In this document: positions 24,011 to 35,171 of the stretch, one piece after another | Layout: every line of letters starts with the position of its first letter | Position numbering within the stretch: position 1 is the stretch's first letter | Assembly (NCBI RefSeq): GCF_032191835.1 | Contig: NC_083227.1 | Coordinates: 24,924,001 to 24,988,000, forward strand | DNA: 64,000 bases | From: Heteronotia binoei | Lineage: Eukaryota | Direction: 5' to 3' | The notes under the pieces: model-generated | What the model was told of the DNA's origin: nothing | The model's input: the letters and a program-made list of their open reading frames with translations, nothing else | Databases searched by the model: none | Program-made: the position numbers and the translations under genes

Positions 24011-24477
24011 GCAAACGGCTCAAAAGAATGACCGAGGAAGAGAAATGTGATCTGGAAGGATCTGTCCACATGGCTGCCAGTGATGTTTCTAAGGGAAGAG
24101 CAAATGAGATGCCTTTTCAGAGCCATAGAGGAGTATCACAGCATCTATACGGGCCGGAACAGAAGGGGAAATGCTCCAGGGCTGAAATGCAAGGGTCAAT
24201 TCCTTCTCACAGCCCCAAACCAGTCTTTAAAACCATCATACAACACAGAATTCACCCATGGCAGAAACCGCCCACAGTTGGTGAGAGAAGTTCTCAGCCG
24301 TCATCAGCCCTTGTAAAACGTGAGCCCACCCAAGAGAGCCGTAAGCCATACTTGTGCTCGGACTGTGGGAAAACTTTCTTCATGTTCTTAGCTCTGAGGA
24401 CTCATCAGAGAACCCACTCAGACCACAAAAGAAACCAAGCAAGAGTAGCGGACCATACAGTAGGCCCAGTGCTATAA
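24011..24477 (+). CDS. gene B exon 3: one intact C2H2 finger plus degenerate finger remnants
   Basis: Acceptor CTCTTTGCAG|GC, phase 1, in frame with ORF 24028-24477. Finger YLCSDCGKTFFMFLALRTHQRTH at 24349-24417. Confidence 0.8.
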
Positions 24478-25339
24478 ACATTGAGAATAGGGTTGTCCTG
24501 CCATGCCTGGCAACCAGTGGGAAGCCCAGGGGCAAGGATATGATGTCCTGTTCACAGCTATGTCACTTCTGGACACAGAGTAGCTCTAGGAATTGCTGGA
24601 AACTCTATGATTTAAATATATGGTTTTACCAGAACATAAGAACATAAGAGAAGCCATGTTGGATCAGGCCAACGGCCCATCAAGTCCAACACTCTGTGTC
24701 ACACAGTGGCAAAAAATTTTATATACACACATGCACTGTGGCTAATAGCCACTGATGGACCTGTGCTCCATATTTTATGGAAAGCAGAAAGCAGCTAGGC
24801 ACCAAGAATCATCAATTCCTCATCAAAACTGGAAGCATTAATTTAGTATCATCTCTCGGCACTCTGTTTCTGTCTGATACATGTGTGTACAGACATTTTA
24901 GTGTACAACTTTGCCTTTCACGTTCCTGGGTACACATATACAGACTGGGGTGCTCAGCAACTACGTATTTCTAGAGGCAATGGGGAAGAGACACATCTGT
25001 CTATAGTGTTGCTTTCCATGTACTGAAGAAGTCATTTGGAGTGTTGGTCTCTGTGGAGAACCTTACCATTGGAAAAGTCACCTGTACCCATCTGATAAAA
25101 ATATGTGGATATTTATCTGCACTTTGAAAGACTTTGGGTGCAGTTCCCATAAAGTATAATGGAGAACTGATCTGTGGGTATCTGGGGAGCATCTGGTGCC
25201 ACTTCTCAAAACAATCCCCAAGTTTCCAAAAAGATTGGACTGGGGGGTCCAATTCTATGAGCCCCCAAAGAAGGTGCCCCATCCTCCATTATTTTCCATG
25301 GAAGGAAGGCATTTAAAAGTAGCACGATCCCTTTAGATA

Positions 25340-25430
25340 GAACAAAGTAGGAGTCCAGTAGCACCTTTAAGACCAACACGGTTTTATTCAGAAGGTAAGC
25401 TTTTGTATGCAGGCATACTTCATCAGACGA
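25340..25430 (-). mobile_element. Penelope-like end with near-intact minimal hammerhead motif
   Basis: Minus strand CTGATGA AGTATGC CT GCATAC AAAA GC TTAC...TGAATAAAACC...GGTCTTAAAGGTGCTAC. Confidence 0.65.
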
Positions 25431-25630
25431 TGGAATGGGGGTACAGTGACCAGAACTACATATAGCTGGTGGGCAGTGATTTAGAATGCAAAATGGTACG
25501 AAGTTAAAATCTATAATATAGTGGGTTCTTAGGCATTGAAGAGGCGATGTGGTAGTGATAAGCACTTTATTGAGTACAGCATGGTAGGTGGCTGCACGAA
25601 CAAGACTAGCGAATGGGGCCCGCTGGGCCA

Positions 25631-26285
25631 TAGGCTTCCCAACCCTCCCGCCCTGGCAGGGGACCCCAGAATTTCCACCCTCTTCCCCCGGTCCCCAAAA
25701 AAATGGAAACGGGGGGAGGGGGGAAACGGCGCCGGGGAGCATGGTGAGCCACCCCATCCTGGAGCGGGTGAGGCTGCCGAGCCGCCGCCCCCTCCCCGCC
25801 CACCGCAGCTGCTCCTCTGAGATGGGCCCAGGCTGAGCCCATCTTGGAGGAGCAGCCAAGAGGCGGCAGCAGCGCAGGCAAAACCAGGGGAGGGCGGAGG
25901 CAGGCCAGGAGCATGGCGAGCTGCGAATACGGGCCCTTCTAGGACCCGGACTCACGGTTCGCCACGCCCCTGGCCCGCCTCCACCCCCCCCCTCCGATTC
26001 CACCCCAGAGGCAGAGCAGAGCCGGCGAGGCCGCCGCGCCGCTGCCGCCCCCCGCCCCACCGCAGCTGCTCCTCCGAGATGGGCTCAGCCTGAGCCCATC
26101 TCGGAGGAGCAGCCATGGCGAGCAGAGAAGAGGTAGCAGCTGCGCAGCGGCGTCGCCCGCTCCGAGACGGGGCAGCTCGCCACGCTCCCCGGCGCTGTTT
26201 CCCCCCCCCCTAGCTCCACCCCAGTGTCTCCTGGCTCCACCCCCAGAGTCCCCAGATATTTCTGGGATTGGACTTGGCAACCCTA
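25631..26285. mobile_element. GC/CpG-rich hAT non-autonomous element with internal palindromes
   Basis: TAGGCTTCCCAA ... TTGGCAACCCTA termini; perfect TSD CTGGGCCA at 25623-25630 and 26286-26293. Confidence 0.88.
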
Positions 26286-26749
26286 CTGGGCCAACTATAT
26301 ACAACACTGGGTTCCCACGCTAGCACGTTATTGGGTCATTCAAACCAGCAGGGGGCCCATGATTGGAGCAGGGCAGTCTGGATTTGGATGCTGCTACCCA
26401 TTGTTCCTAAGTCCCCAAGCTCAGTCCTTCAGGCTACAATGAGCCAGGCAGGAACACCATTTGGTAACACATAGATTCACATACATAACCAAATCCAATG
26501 GCAAAATAGTGAAATTAACAATTGAAAGAACATTTGGCTGGATAGCATTTGTGTGGGAAACCAATAAAACAGTAAGACAGAATGTCTATTAATTACATGT
26601 CAGAATGTCTATTAATTACTCTATTGCTAGCAAGCCTGGGCCAAAATGAGGACATTTTTTCCCCTCAGAGTTTCCCCCCCCCGTCCAACTAATTTACCTT
26701 TTAACATGTAACATACATATAAACATCATTCTAGTTTGCCATTAGTTTA

Positions 26750-27577
26750 GTTTAGTTTATTTGATTTGTATCCTGCCCTCCCCGCCGAAGCAGGCTCAGG
26801 GCGGCTCACAACATGCAGTGAAGTCACAATAAAACAGTTAAATCAAACATCAATTAAAACAGTTAAAACAATAGAAACAATTTGGTGCTAATTACCATTT
26901 AGTTACAGATGGCGTTCAGTATTCTTAGGCATCCTTTAGAGCTAGTATTCCGGCAATTTCAGTTGAAGGCTAACTGAAATAATATTGTCTTGCAGGCCTT
27001 GCGGAACTGGGCAAGGTCCCGCAAGGCTCTGACCTCCTCAGGGAGCTGGTTCCACCAGAAGGCTCTTTCCCTAGTTGTTTTTAGTCTTGCCTCCCTCAGC
27101 CTGGGGATGGATAGTAAATTTTGCGTTCCAGATCTAAGTATCCTCTGGGGAACATGTGGGGAGAGACAGTCCCTAAGGTAGGCAGGTCCTTGGCCATGTA
27201 GGGCTTTAAAGGTAATAACCAACACCTTGTAGCGAATCTAGTATACCACTGGCAGCCAGTGCAGCTCCGCAGCCCCAGCTTATGTGCTCCTGCATGGAGA
27301 GCCCCTATAATAGCCTGGCTGCCGCATTCTGCACCAGCTGTAGTTTTAGGATTCAGGACAAGGGCAGCCCCATGTAGAGGGCATTCCAGTAGTCCAATCT
27401 CGAGGTGACCATTGCATGGATCGCAGTTGCCAGGGCGCTGCGCTTGAGGAAGGGAACCAGCCTGAAATGGTAAAATGGTACCATCCTGAGATGGTAAAAA
27501 GCAGATTTGGCAGTTATCTGAGCCTCCATTGTTAAAGAAGGTTCCAGTAGCACCCCCAAGCATCTGACCTTGGGCAC
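26750..27577 (-). mobile_element. L2 LINE 3' fragment
   Basis: ORF pieces VTSRLDYWNALYMGLPL and LVITFKALHGQGPAYLRD...WNQLPEEVR. The 3' end GTGAGCCGCCCTGAGCC...GGATACAAATCAAATAAA is on the minus strand. Confidence 0.85.
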
Positions 27578-27639
27578 TGTTGTAAGTGTTGCACCACCAA
27601 AAGCTGTGGATATATAGCTATACTCGAGAATCAGGGATT

Positions 27640-27902
27640 TTTTAATAGCAGGAATGCAGTTCCAGCTGGCTTGGTGTCAGGGGGTGTGGCCTAATATGCA
27701 AACAAGTTCCTGCTGGGCTTTTTCCTACAAAAAGCACTGTGTGAAATAATGGTGATATCAAGGGGGTGAAGCCTAATATGCAAATGAGTTCCTGCTGGGC
27801 TTTTTCTACAAAAAGCACTGTGTGAAATAATGGTGATATCAAGGGGGTGAAGCCTAATATGCAAATGAGTTTCTGTTGGGCTTTTTCTACCAAAAAAGCC
27901 CT
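27640..27902. repeat. CAGGGCTTTTT-family MITE containing an ~81-bp tandem triplication
   Basis: GCCTAATATGCAAA recurs at 27689, 27771 and 27852. Confidence 0.8.
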
Positions 27903-28379
27903 TGTGAGAATGAGTTTAGCATACTAATAAGAAAAAAAATCAATATCCCTGTTCAGTCCTGGGGAGGTGTTTGTTCCACGTTTCATAATACTTTGTAATT
28001 CAGCAATTTCTCTCTCCATTCTGTTCTTGAAGTTCCTTTGCAGCAAAACAGCAACTTTGCCTTTCGGAGTTTAGTTGTGTTTGTTACACCCTTGCTCCTG
28101 GCTCCACCCCCAAAGTCTCCAGGCTCCACCCCCAAAGTCTCCAGGCTCCACCCTCACTAGTCCCCAGATATTTCTTGAGTTGGACTTAACATTTGGCAAC
28201 CCTAGGAGCTGACAACCTTGCGGGCCCGGCCCGGAATCACCTTCTTATGCCCAGTATTCAACACACCCACTTCATGCTTCTTTTGGCCATCCACTGCACG
28301 GCCCTTTAAGGGTCAAATCGACAGAGCTGGCAGTCCTAGAGGGGACATGGGGGGGGGAGGCGGGAAGGATGGCTGCCCC

Positions 28380-28445
28380 CCTCCCCGCCCCTTTGCTGGC
28401 ATATAGAGGAAGAGGCAGAAGTTGCGTGGCTGCAGAGGTGAGAGC
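28380..28445 (+). promoter_or_regulatory. candidate promoter / first non-coding exon of gene C
   Basis: GC box CCCCGCCC at about 28383, CATATAGA at about 28400, donor GCAGAG|GTGAGA at 28437/28438, CpG-containing flanks. Confidence 0.35.
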
Positions 28446-29412
28446 GGGAGGGTCGCATGGAGGGAGCCGGGGGACGGGCTGCATTTGGTGCAATGCAATC
28501 CCGGGCAGAGCTCTTCCATGGAAATAGCAGCAGCAAACGAGTTTTGACCGAATCGGGGCCGATTGCAAGCGCCCCTTTCCCCTGCAATGCAAATCATGCA
28601 TGCCGGGGGGGGGGGATGCTGCCTTTTTGCCCTGTGTAAACAGCTGCATGACTATGCTGCCAAAAATGCAGATTTTTTTTAAAAAATGAATATCTGCATT
28701 TTTTGCAGCATAGAAGTACATTAGTGGAAATATCTCAACCTTTTGGATTCCTGTCTGTTGCAAGGTGCCAGAACAGGGGGGAGAATAGTTCATTGAATAG
28801 TTCTTAAAAGTTGGAACTGATTCATTTAAGTTGTTCCCACCGTGCACTTCTCATTTGGTGCTGGTTTTCGCAGCGTTACTTGTGACATTTAAAAACAAGG
28901 CTCTAGGGTTCGGACTGTGGCTACTTCTTGAATTAGTCATCTGCCAGCCGGTGAGAAGAATCATACTATCCTGTGTAGTCCTTTTTCTTCTCAAGGGCTT
29001 TTAGCAACCCTTTGAGGCACAGCAGCAAGGGAGGGGGGAAGACTACCTGTTGGATTGCTGCCCAGCTGCAGCTAAAGGCCTGGGGAGCAGGACCACTCAA
29101 AAAGGTGGCTTCCTTAGTTGTGAAGGATGTGAGCCACGCTTCCCAGGGTCTCAAATAAGTGGATGTTGCAATTATAGCATTTGTTAGAAAGCCAGGGCCA
29201 CATAATAGGTGTTCTTAAGTTAGGGCTCCCCAGTGATTGCCAAAGCAGTGCATCTCTCACACAAGAGAAGCCATGTTGGATCAGGCCAGTGGCCCATCCA
29301 ATCCAGCACTGTGTCATACAGTGGTCAAACCCAGGTGCCATCAGGAGGTCCACCAGTGCTAACACACCAGCTTAAATTAAACTTGACATTTCATAGCTTC
29401 CATATGATTTTT

Positions 29413-29915
29413 TCCTATGAAGAAAGATTAAAGCGCTTGGGACTCTTTAGCTTGGAGAAATGTCAACTGAGGGGTGACATGATAGAGGTGTACAAGATTA
29501 TGCAAGGGATAGAGAAGGTAGAGAAAGAAGTACTTTTCTCCCTTTCTCATAATACAAGAACTCGTGGGCACTCAATGAAGTTGCTGAGCAGTCGGGTTAG
29601 AATGGATAAAAGGAAATACTTCTAAAGGGTGATTAACACGTGGAATTCACTGCCGCAGGAGGTTGTGGCAGCTACAAGCATGGACAGCTTCAAGAGGGGA
29701 TTGGATAAACCTATGGATCAGAGGTCCATCAGTGGCTATTAGACAGTGATACTCTGTATTCTTGGTGCAGGGGGGGAAGGGTGAAACAGTGGGACGGCTT
29801 CTAGTGTCCTGGCCCCACTGGTGGACCTCCTGATGGCTTTTTTTGTCATTGTGTGACAGTGTTGGACTGGATTGGCCACTGGGCCTGATCCAGTACGGCT
29901 TCTCTTATGTTCTTA
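29413..29915 (+). mobile_element. CR1 LINE 3' end
   Basis: [29 protein letters not shown]...RMDKRKYF (ORF 29233-29625) plus 3' UTR ending CTTCTCTTATGTTCTTA. Confidence 0.9.
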
Positions 29916-30252
29916 GCTCAGACTCTTCCTTTAGTTTTGGATGCTCAAGATGTTTATCTTTTGACTGTCATTTTTATCAGCCCTTTTTTCTGCATTTATT
30001 TAGGAAGACGTTCCCGTTGCCCGGATGGCCACTGACTCATACAACATCCTGCCCCTCAGATTGTTTTGGGAGGAGGCCTGATGGCATGTTTGAATCAATC
30101 CCTGTTGAGCTGACACCGTTTTAATGGTGGGACATTTGGCCAATATTGGCAGCGGGGTCTGGGGTCCGAACCACGATAGACCTTGACTGGGATCGATCTG
30201 GACTCATCAACGCAGAGCAGAACGCAGAGGCCGCTTTCCCTCTTCGGGGGGA

Positions 30253-30957
30253 ATGAGAATGTCTTCCGCCCAGAGAACCTCAGCAGCTCTGGGCCTCCCA
30301 TTCCAGTCAGTGCCAGCAAACATGGTTCCGCTCGAAAGGAATACGAAAGACCAGAACTCTGTGGGCTCCAGCCTTGGAGACAGATTGTCAGGACCTCCAG
30401 AAAACCTTCTTAATGACATCTGGGGGAATGATGAAGACTATCTGAGGTGCAGTGAGGGAGTCCATGTAAGAATAACAGCCCGAAATTCAGAGCCTGCCTC
30501 CTGGGACACCACTAAAACCTCACTGCCCGCAGTAGAGAGAGCGGCATATCCCGGAAGAGAGGTGGCTACCCAGCTCCTGCCAACTGTCAGTGGAGAAGCT
30601 GAACCAGATTCCCTCCGCCTGGACTACAGGGGAGCCCATGAGGATCATCTGGAAAGAGATGCCGCTGCTCTGGAAAAGCTGCGGCGGAACTTCCGGCAGT
30701 TCCGCTACTGGGAGGCCGAGGGGCCCCGGAAGGTTTGCGGCCAGCTGTGGTATCTCTGCCATCGGTGGCTGAAGCCAGAGAAACGCAACAAGGAGCAGAT
30801 CCTGGAGCTGTTAATCCTGGAGCAGTTCCTGGCCATCTTGCCGCCAGAAATGCAGAGCTGGATGGAGAGGAATGGCCCGGGGACCTGTGCCCAAGCGGTG
30901 GCCCTGGCTGAAGAGTTCTTACAGAGGGATCAAGAGGCTGAGCTGTGGGGAGAGCAG
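30253..30957 (+). CDS. gene C exon 1: SCAN domain; full spliced protein about 608 aa (SCAN + 9 C2H2)
   Basis: [54 protein letters not shown]. Donor GAGCAG|GTGAGA. The start codon could be a later in-frame ATG. Confidence 0.9.
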
Positions 30958-30965
30958 GTGAGAGG

Positions 30966-31253
30966 CAGTGTTCCCTCTAAGCTGAGTTAGTGTGAGCTAG
31001 CTCACTGTTTTGTAGCCTCCGACTCATACATTTTTGTCTTAGCTCAGGAAAAATGGCCCCAGAGCAAACTAATTTCTGCAGTAGCTCACAACTTTAATGC
31101 CAGTGAGAACATAAGAGAAGCCATGTTGGATCAGGCCAGTGGCCCATCCAGTCCGACACTCTGTGTCACAGTGGTCAAACAAACAACAAAAAACCAGTAG
31201 CTCATGAAGTAGAATTTTTGCTCACAAGACTCCACAGCTTAGAGGGAGTATTG
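30966..31253. mobile_element. hAT MITE inserted at the gene C splice donor, with a nested CR1 tail
   Basis: CAGTGTTCCCTCTAAGCTG ... GGGAGTATTG; TSD GTGAGAGG at 30958-30965 and 31254-31261; CR1 tail at about 31106-31195. Confidence 0.9.
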
Positions 31254-32281
31254 GTGAGAGGAGATAGTCAGCCTTCCTTAGCTGTGGGAAGTTGTAAAGT
31301 ATTGCGGGGGGGGGGAACACCTTGTCTTCATTAATCAAACACCCCCTCGGCTGACATACTCATATAAGGCCTTGGACCGGGTGCCCTGCTGAGAGCCAGC
31401 ATGGCGTAGTGGTTAAGCAGCAGACTTATCTGAAGACCTGAATTTGGTTCTCCACTCCTCCATATGAAGCCAGATGGGTGACCTTGGGCCACTCTCAGTT
31501 CCTTCAGAACTCTCTGATAAAAACGTAAGAATAGCCCTGCTGGATCAGACCAAGGGTCCATGTACGCCAGTATCCTGTCTCACACAGTGGCCAGCCAGTT
31601 CCTCTGGGTGGCATAGAGGCTGAGGCCTTCATAAGAAAAGCCCTGTAGGATCAGACCAGTGGTCCATCTAGTCCAGCATCCTGTCTCACACAGTGGCCAA
31701 CCGTTTCCTCTGGGTGGCCAGCAACAGGGTAGAGAGGCCGAGGCCTTCCCCTGAGGTTGCCTCCTGGCTCGGATTCAGAGGCTTTAGTGCAGGGGTGTCG
31801 AACTCATTTGTTATGAGGGACAGATCTGATGTAAATGAGGCCTTGTCGGACATTGTTTCTAGATTTTGATGTAATAATTCGTAGCAAGAGCTGTCAGTTA
31901 CTGGAAACTATTAAATGAAGTATTGCAATAGGGCTAATCTCTTAAGCTTGTTTTACTTTAAGTTTTTTAAAAAATCTTTAATTGTGTTTATTTGTGTATT
32001 TTATAAAGTTTATTTCTGCAACTTGGCATTACATTTTGTGACACGTAAGGCCTGGCTTGACAAAGTCTCTTTTATGTTAGATCCGGCCCTCATAACAAAT
32101 GAGTTCAACATCCCTGCACTTGGTCATGTCCATTCTTTTTGCCTCACTTCACTTCATCCCTGCAATGTTGGCCTGGCGAAATGCTGAATCTTTGGCACAG
32201 GGGGGAGCTGCTTGTTTGGATCAACCTCCAACCAGATGAGCCCCCCTAACACATTAAGATCCACATTCCTATTTTTTCCAG

Positions 32282-32402
32282 GCGGCTTTTCCAGAGACGC
32301 CCGTGGATTCCCTTGAAACAGAGCAGATGCCTTCCGAGGCTGCAGAGAAACTGCTCAGCATGGAAGTTAAAGAAGAAGGCTGCAGGGGTGCCAGCCGTCG
32401 AG
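32282..32402 (+). CDS. gene C exon 2 (121 nt), vestigial KRAB-A-like
   Basis: Acceptor TTTTTTCCAG|GCG, donor CGAG|GTACGT. Peptide AAFPETPVDSLETEQMPSEAAEKLLSMEVKEEGCRGASRRG. Confidence 0.82.
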
Positions 32403-32765
32403 GTACGTGTGAGCTTCCTCCAAGGAGTTTGAGGCAGTATACGCAGTTTGCCCCTTCTTCCCCTTTTCCTCACAAGAGCCGGAGGTGAGGGGCCACCGCA
32501 GAAAAAGCCCTGCCAGTCATTATAAAGCCCCACCCCTGAGAACACTCCTGAGATTACAGCTAGTGCCACTTCTGCATTCAATAATGGGAATAAAAGACAG
32601 AGCATGCTTATGTCCCGTTTGTACATATCTTGGTGCCATGTTCTAGCGGAAGAAGAAAAGAAGAAGATGATGATGATGATGATATTGGATTTATATCCTG
32701 CCCTATACTCTGAATCTCAGAGTCTTAGAGCGGTCACAGTCTCCTTTACCTCTCTCCCCCACAAC

Positions 32766-33688
32766 ATAATAATAATAATAATAATAATAATAAATTTTAT
32801 TTGTACCCCGCCCTCCCCTGCCGAAGCAGGCTCAGGGCGGCTAACAATACGGTGACCATGGTGCACCAACAATAAAACAGTTACATTAGAAACGTTAAAT
32901 TAAACATTAATTAACCTTAAAAACCTGATTAAAACAATTAACTAAAACATATTATAACGCTATCCTTGACGCTCTTCTAGTTGATGCTGATGGCGGATTT
33001 TCTTCGTTGTCGGTATAATTCAGTTATTCATAAGCTAATTTAAAAAGGGTGGTCTTGCAGGCCCTGCGGAACTGATCAAGGTTCCGCAGGGCCCGCACCT
33101 CCTCTGGGAGTTGGTTCCAGAGATGTGGGGCTGCGGCCGAAAAGGCCCGAGAGCGAGTGTTCTGTAGTTTAATTTGTCTTGGCCCAGGGGTAGTCAGTCT
33201 GTTCTTTCCTACTGACCTCAGTGCTCTCTGGGGTTCATACGGGGAGAGACGGTCCTTCAGGTAGGCTGGTCCTCGGCCATATAGGGCTTTAAAGGTGATA
33301 ACCAGCACTTTGTACTGGACCCGGTATACAATCGGTAACCAGTGCAGTTCGCGTAGCCCCGGCCGTACATGTTCCCATCTTGGGAGACCGAGCAACAGCC
33401 TGGCCGCCGCGTTCTGCACTAGCTGTAACTTCCGGGTCCGGCACAGAGGCAGCCCCATGTAGAGGGCGTTACAGTAGTCCAATCGTGAGGTGACCGTCGC
33501 ATGGATCACCGTTGCTAGGTCCCGACGCTCCAGGAAAGGGGCCAACTGCTTTGCCCGCCTCAGATGGAAGAATGCTGACTTGGCAGTGGCTGTTATCTGG
33601 GCCTCCATTGATAATGAAGGCTCCAGTAAGACACCCAGACTCTTCACCTGCTGCGCCGCCTTTAGCTGCACACCATCGAAGGTCGGGA
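32766..33688 (-). mobile_element. young L2 LINE, 5'-truncated
   Basis: Uninterrupted 215-aa ORF2 C-terminus (33024-33671: VTSRLDYCNALYMGLP...LQLVQNAAARLL...LHWLP), 3' UTR and (TTA)n tail. Confidence 0.92.
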
Positions 33689-33699
33689 CACCCTGTGAG

Positions 33700-33871
33700 C
33701 AATGTTCCTTCTAAGCCATGGAGCCTTGTGAACAAAAATTCTGCTTTGTGAGCTACTGCATAAATTAGCTTGCTCTGGGGTTATTTTTCCTGAGCTAAGA
33801 CAAAAATGGGTGAGCCAGAGGCCAAAAATCTGTGAGCTAGCTCACATTAGCTCAGCTTAGAGGGAACACTG
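33700..33871. mobile_element. hAT MITE
   Basis: TSD CCTGTGAG at 33692-33699 and 33872-33879; same TIR family as 822-1015. Confidence 0.9.
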
Positions 33872-34404
33872 CCTGTGAGGTAGTTGGGGCTGAGGGAGCT
33901 CTCCCAGAAGCTGCCCTTTCAAGTACAACTCCTGTGAGAACTATGACTAACCCAAGGCCATTCCAGCAGGTGCAAGTGGAGGAGTGGGGAATCAAACCTA
34001 GTTCTCCCAGATAAGAGTCCGCACACTTAACCACTACACCAAACTGGTGTAGAATGAATGAGGGGCCACTACACTTGGCCCTGCTCCCCCTTTCTGTCCA
34101 CTAGTGATTCTACTCCTGTGTATGACTGATGGGCCCCTGGCAATGCTGGGACCTGGGCAGCTGTCCATTTGGCCCATTGGCTGGAGGACGACACTGAAAC
34201 AAAGGAGGAGGAGAAGCCAGGCAAATGTGGGGGGGGGCACACTGACTGGTAAATATTCCAGGCCAGGGCTTAGTTTCTGAGGTCCCCTCTCTTTCTCTAA
34301 ACAATGAGTAATGAACACATGGAATTCACTGCTATAGGAAGTGGTGGCAGCTACAAGCACAGACAATTTCCAAAGGGGATTGGATAAACAGAGGTTCAGT
34401 AGTG

Positions 34405-34880
34405 GTTCTTATTTATTTATTTAATAGGCTTATATTCCGCCTTTTCCCATAAACGGGCTCAAGGCAGATCACAACATATAAAAATAGCAATGAATACCTA
34501 CATATCAAAGTTAAAACACCAATTTAAAATGAACAGTAAAAACAATCAATCAATAAAACCCACCACTGGTGGACAGGTGGTGGGTTTTATTTATTAACCG
34601 GTTGTAGGCCCACCTTATACGATGGTAATAACAACAGGATAGCACTGTAATAAGCATGATGTCACCACAAGGGAGGCCAAATGATGGAATAATAGGATGC
34701 CCGCTGCCTCAGCCATAGGCCCTGCGGATCAGCTCCATCTTGCAGGCCCTACGAAATGGCAGTAATTCAGGTAGGGCCCGGATGTCCACAGGGAGCTGAT
34801 TTCACCAGGCAGGGGCCAGGGCTGAAAAGGCCCTGGCCCTGGTTGAGGCAAGTCGGACGTCTGTAGGGCCGGGGGTTGCC
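34405..34880 (-). mobile_element. older L2 3' fragment
   Basis: (TTAT)n tail and GGGCTCAAGGCAG end motif, TTGCAGGCCCTACG ORF2-end remnant. Contains a perfect 15-bp hairpin at 34552-34591. Confidence 0.65.
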
Positions 34881-35171
34881 ACAACCTTAGCCACAAACTA
34901 TAGATAACACTCTGTCTGGGGCAGTGTTGCTCTTGTATTCTTGGAGCTTGAACTTCTGGAGCCCTGGCCCTGCTGGTAGACCTCCTGATGGCACCTGGGT
35001 TTTACCCACTGCGTGATACATATTTTTGGACTAGATGGGCCATTGGCCTGATCTAACAGGGCTTTTCTTGTGTACTTATATCCACCTAACAATGCATCCT
35101 GAACATTTCTGGGTTTGTGTGGGGAAATGTATTTGCATTAGCACTGGAAATTTTCTCTCTTGTTCTCACAG

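Larger units (their letters stand above)
32650..34050 (-). mobile_element. Squam2-like SINE fragmented by L2 and hAT MITE insertions
   Basis: Tail at about 32650-32765, 10-bp remnant at about 33689-33699, head at 33872-34050. Confidence 0.8.

Noticed and set aside
25206-26307. Long GC-rich ORFs (284, 122 and 102 aa)
   Set aside because: They lie within a TSD-bounded transposon, and the lack of stops reflects GC content.
27689-27900. Regularly spaced ~81-bp repeats resembling an array
   Set aside because: The whole unit is repeated with no unique spacers. It is an internal tandem duplication of a MITE in a eukaryotic genome, not CRISPR.
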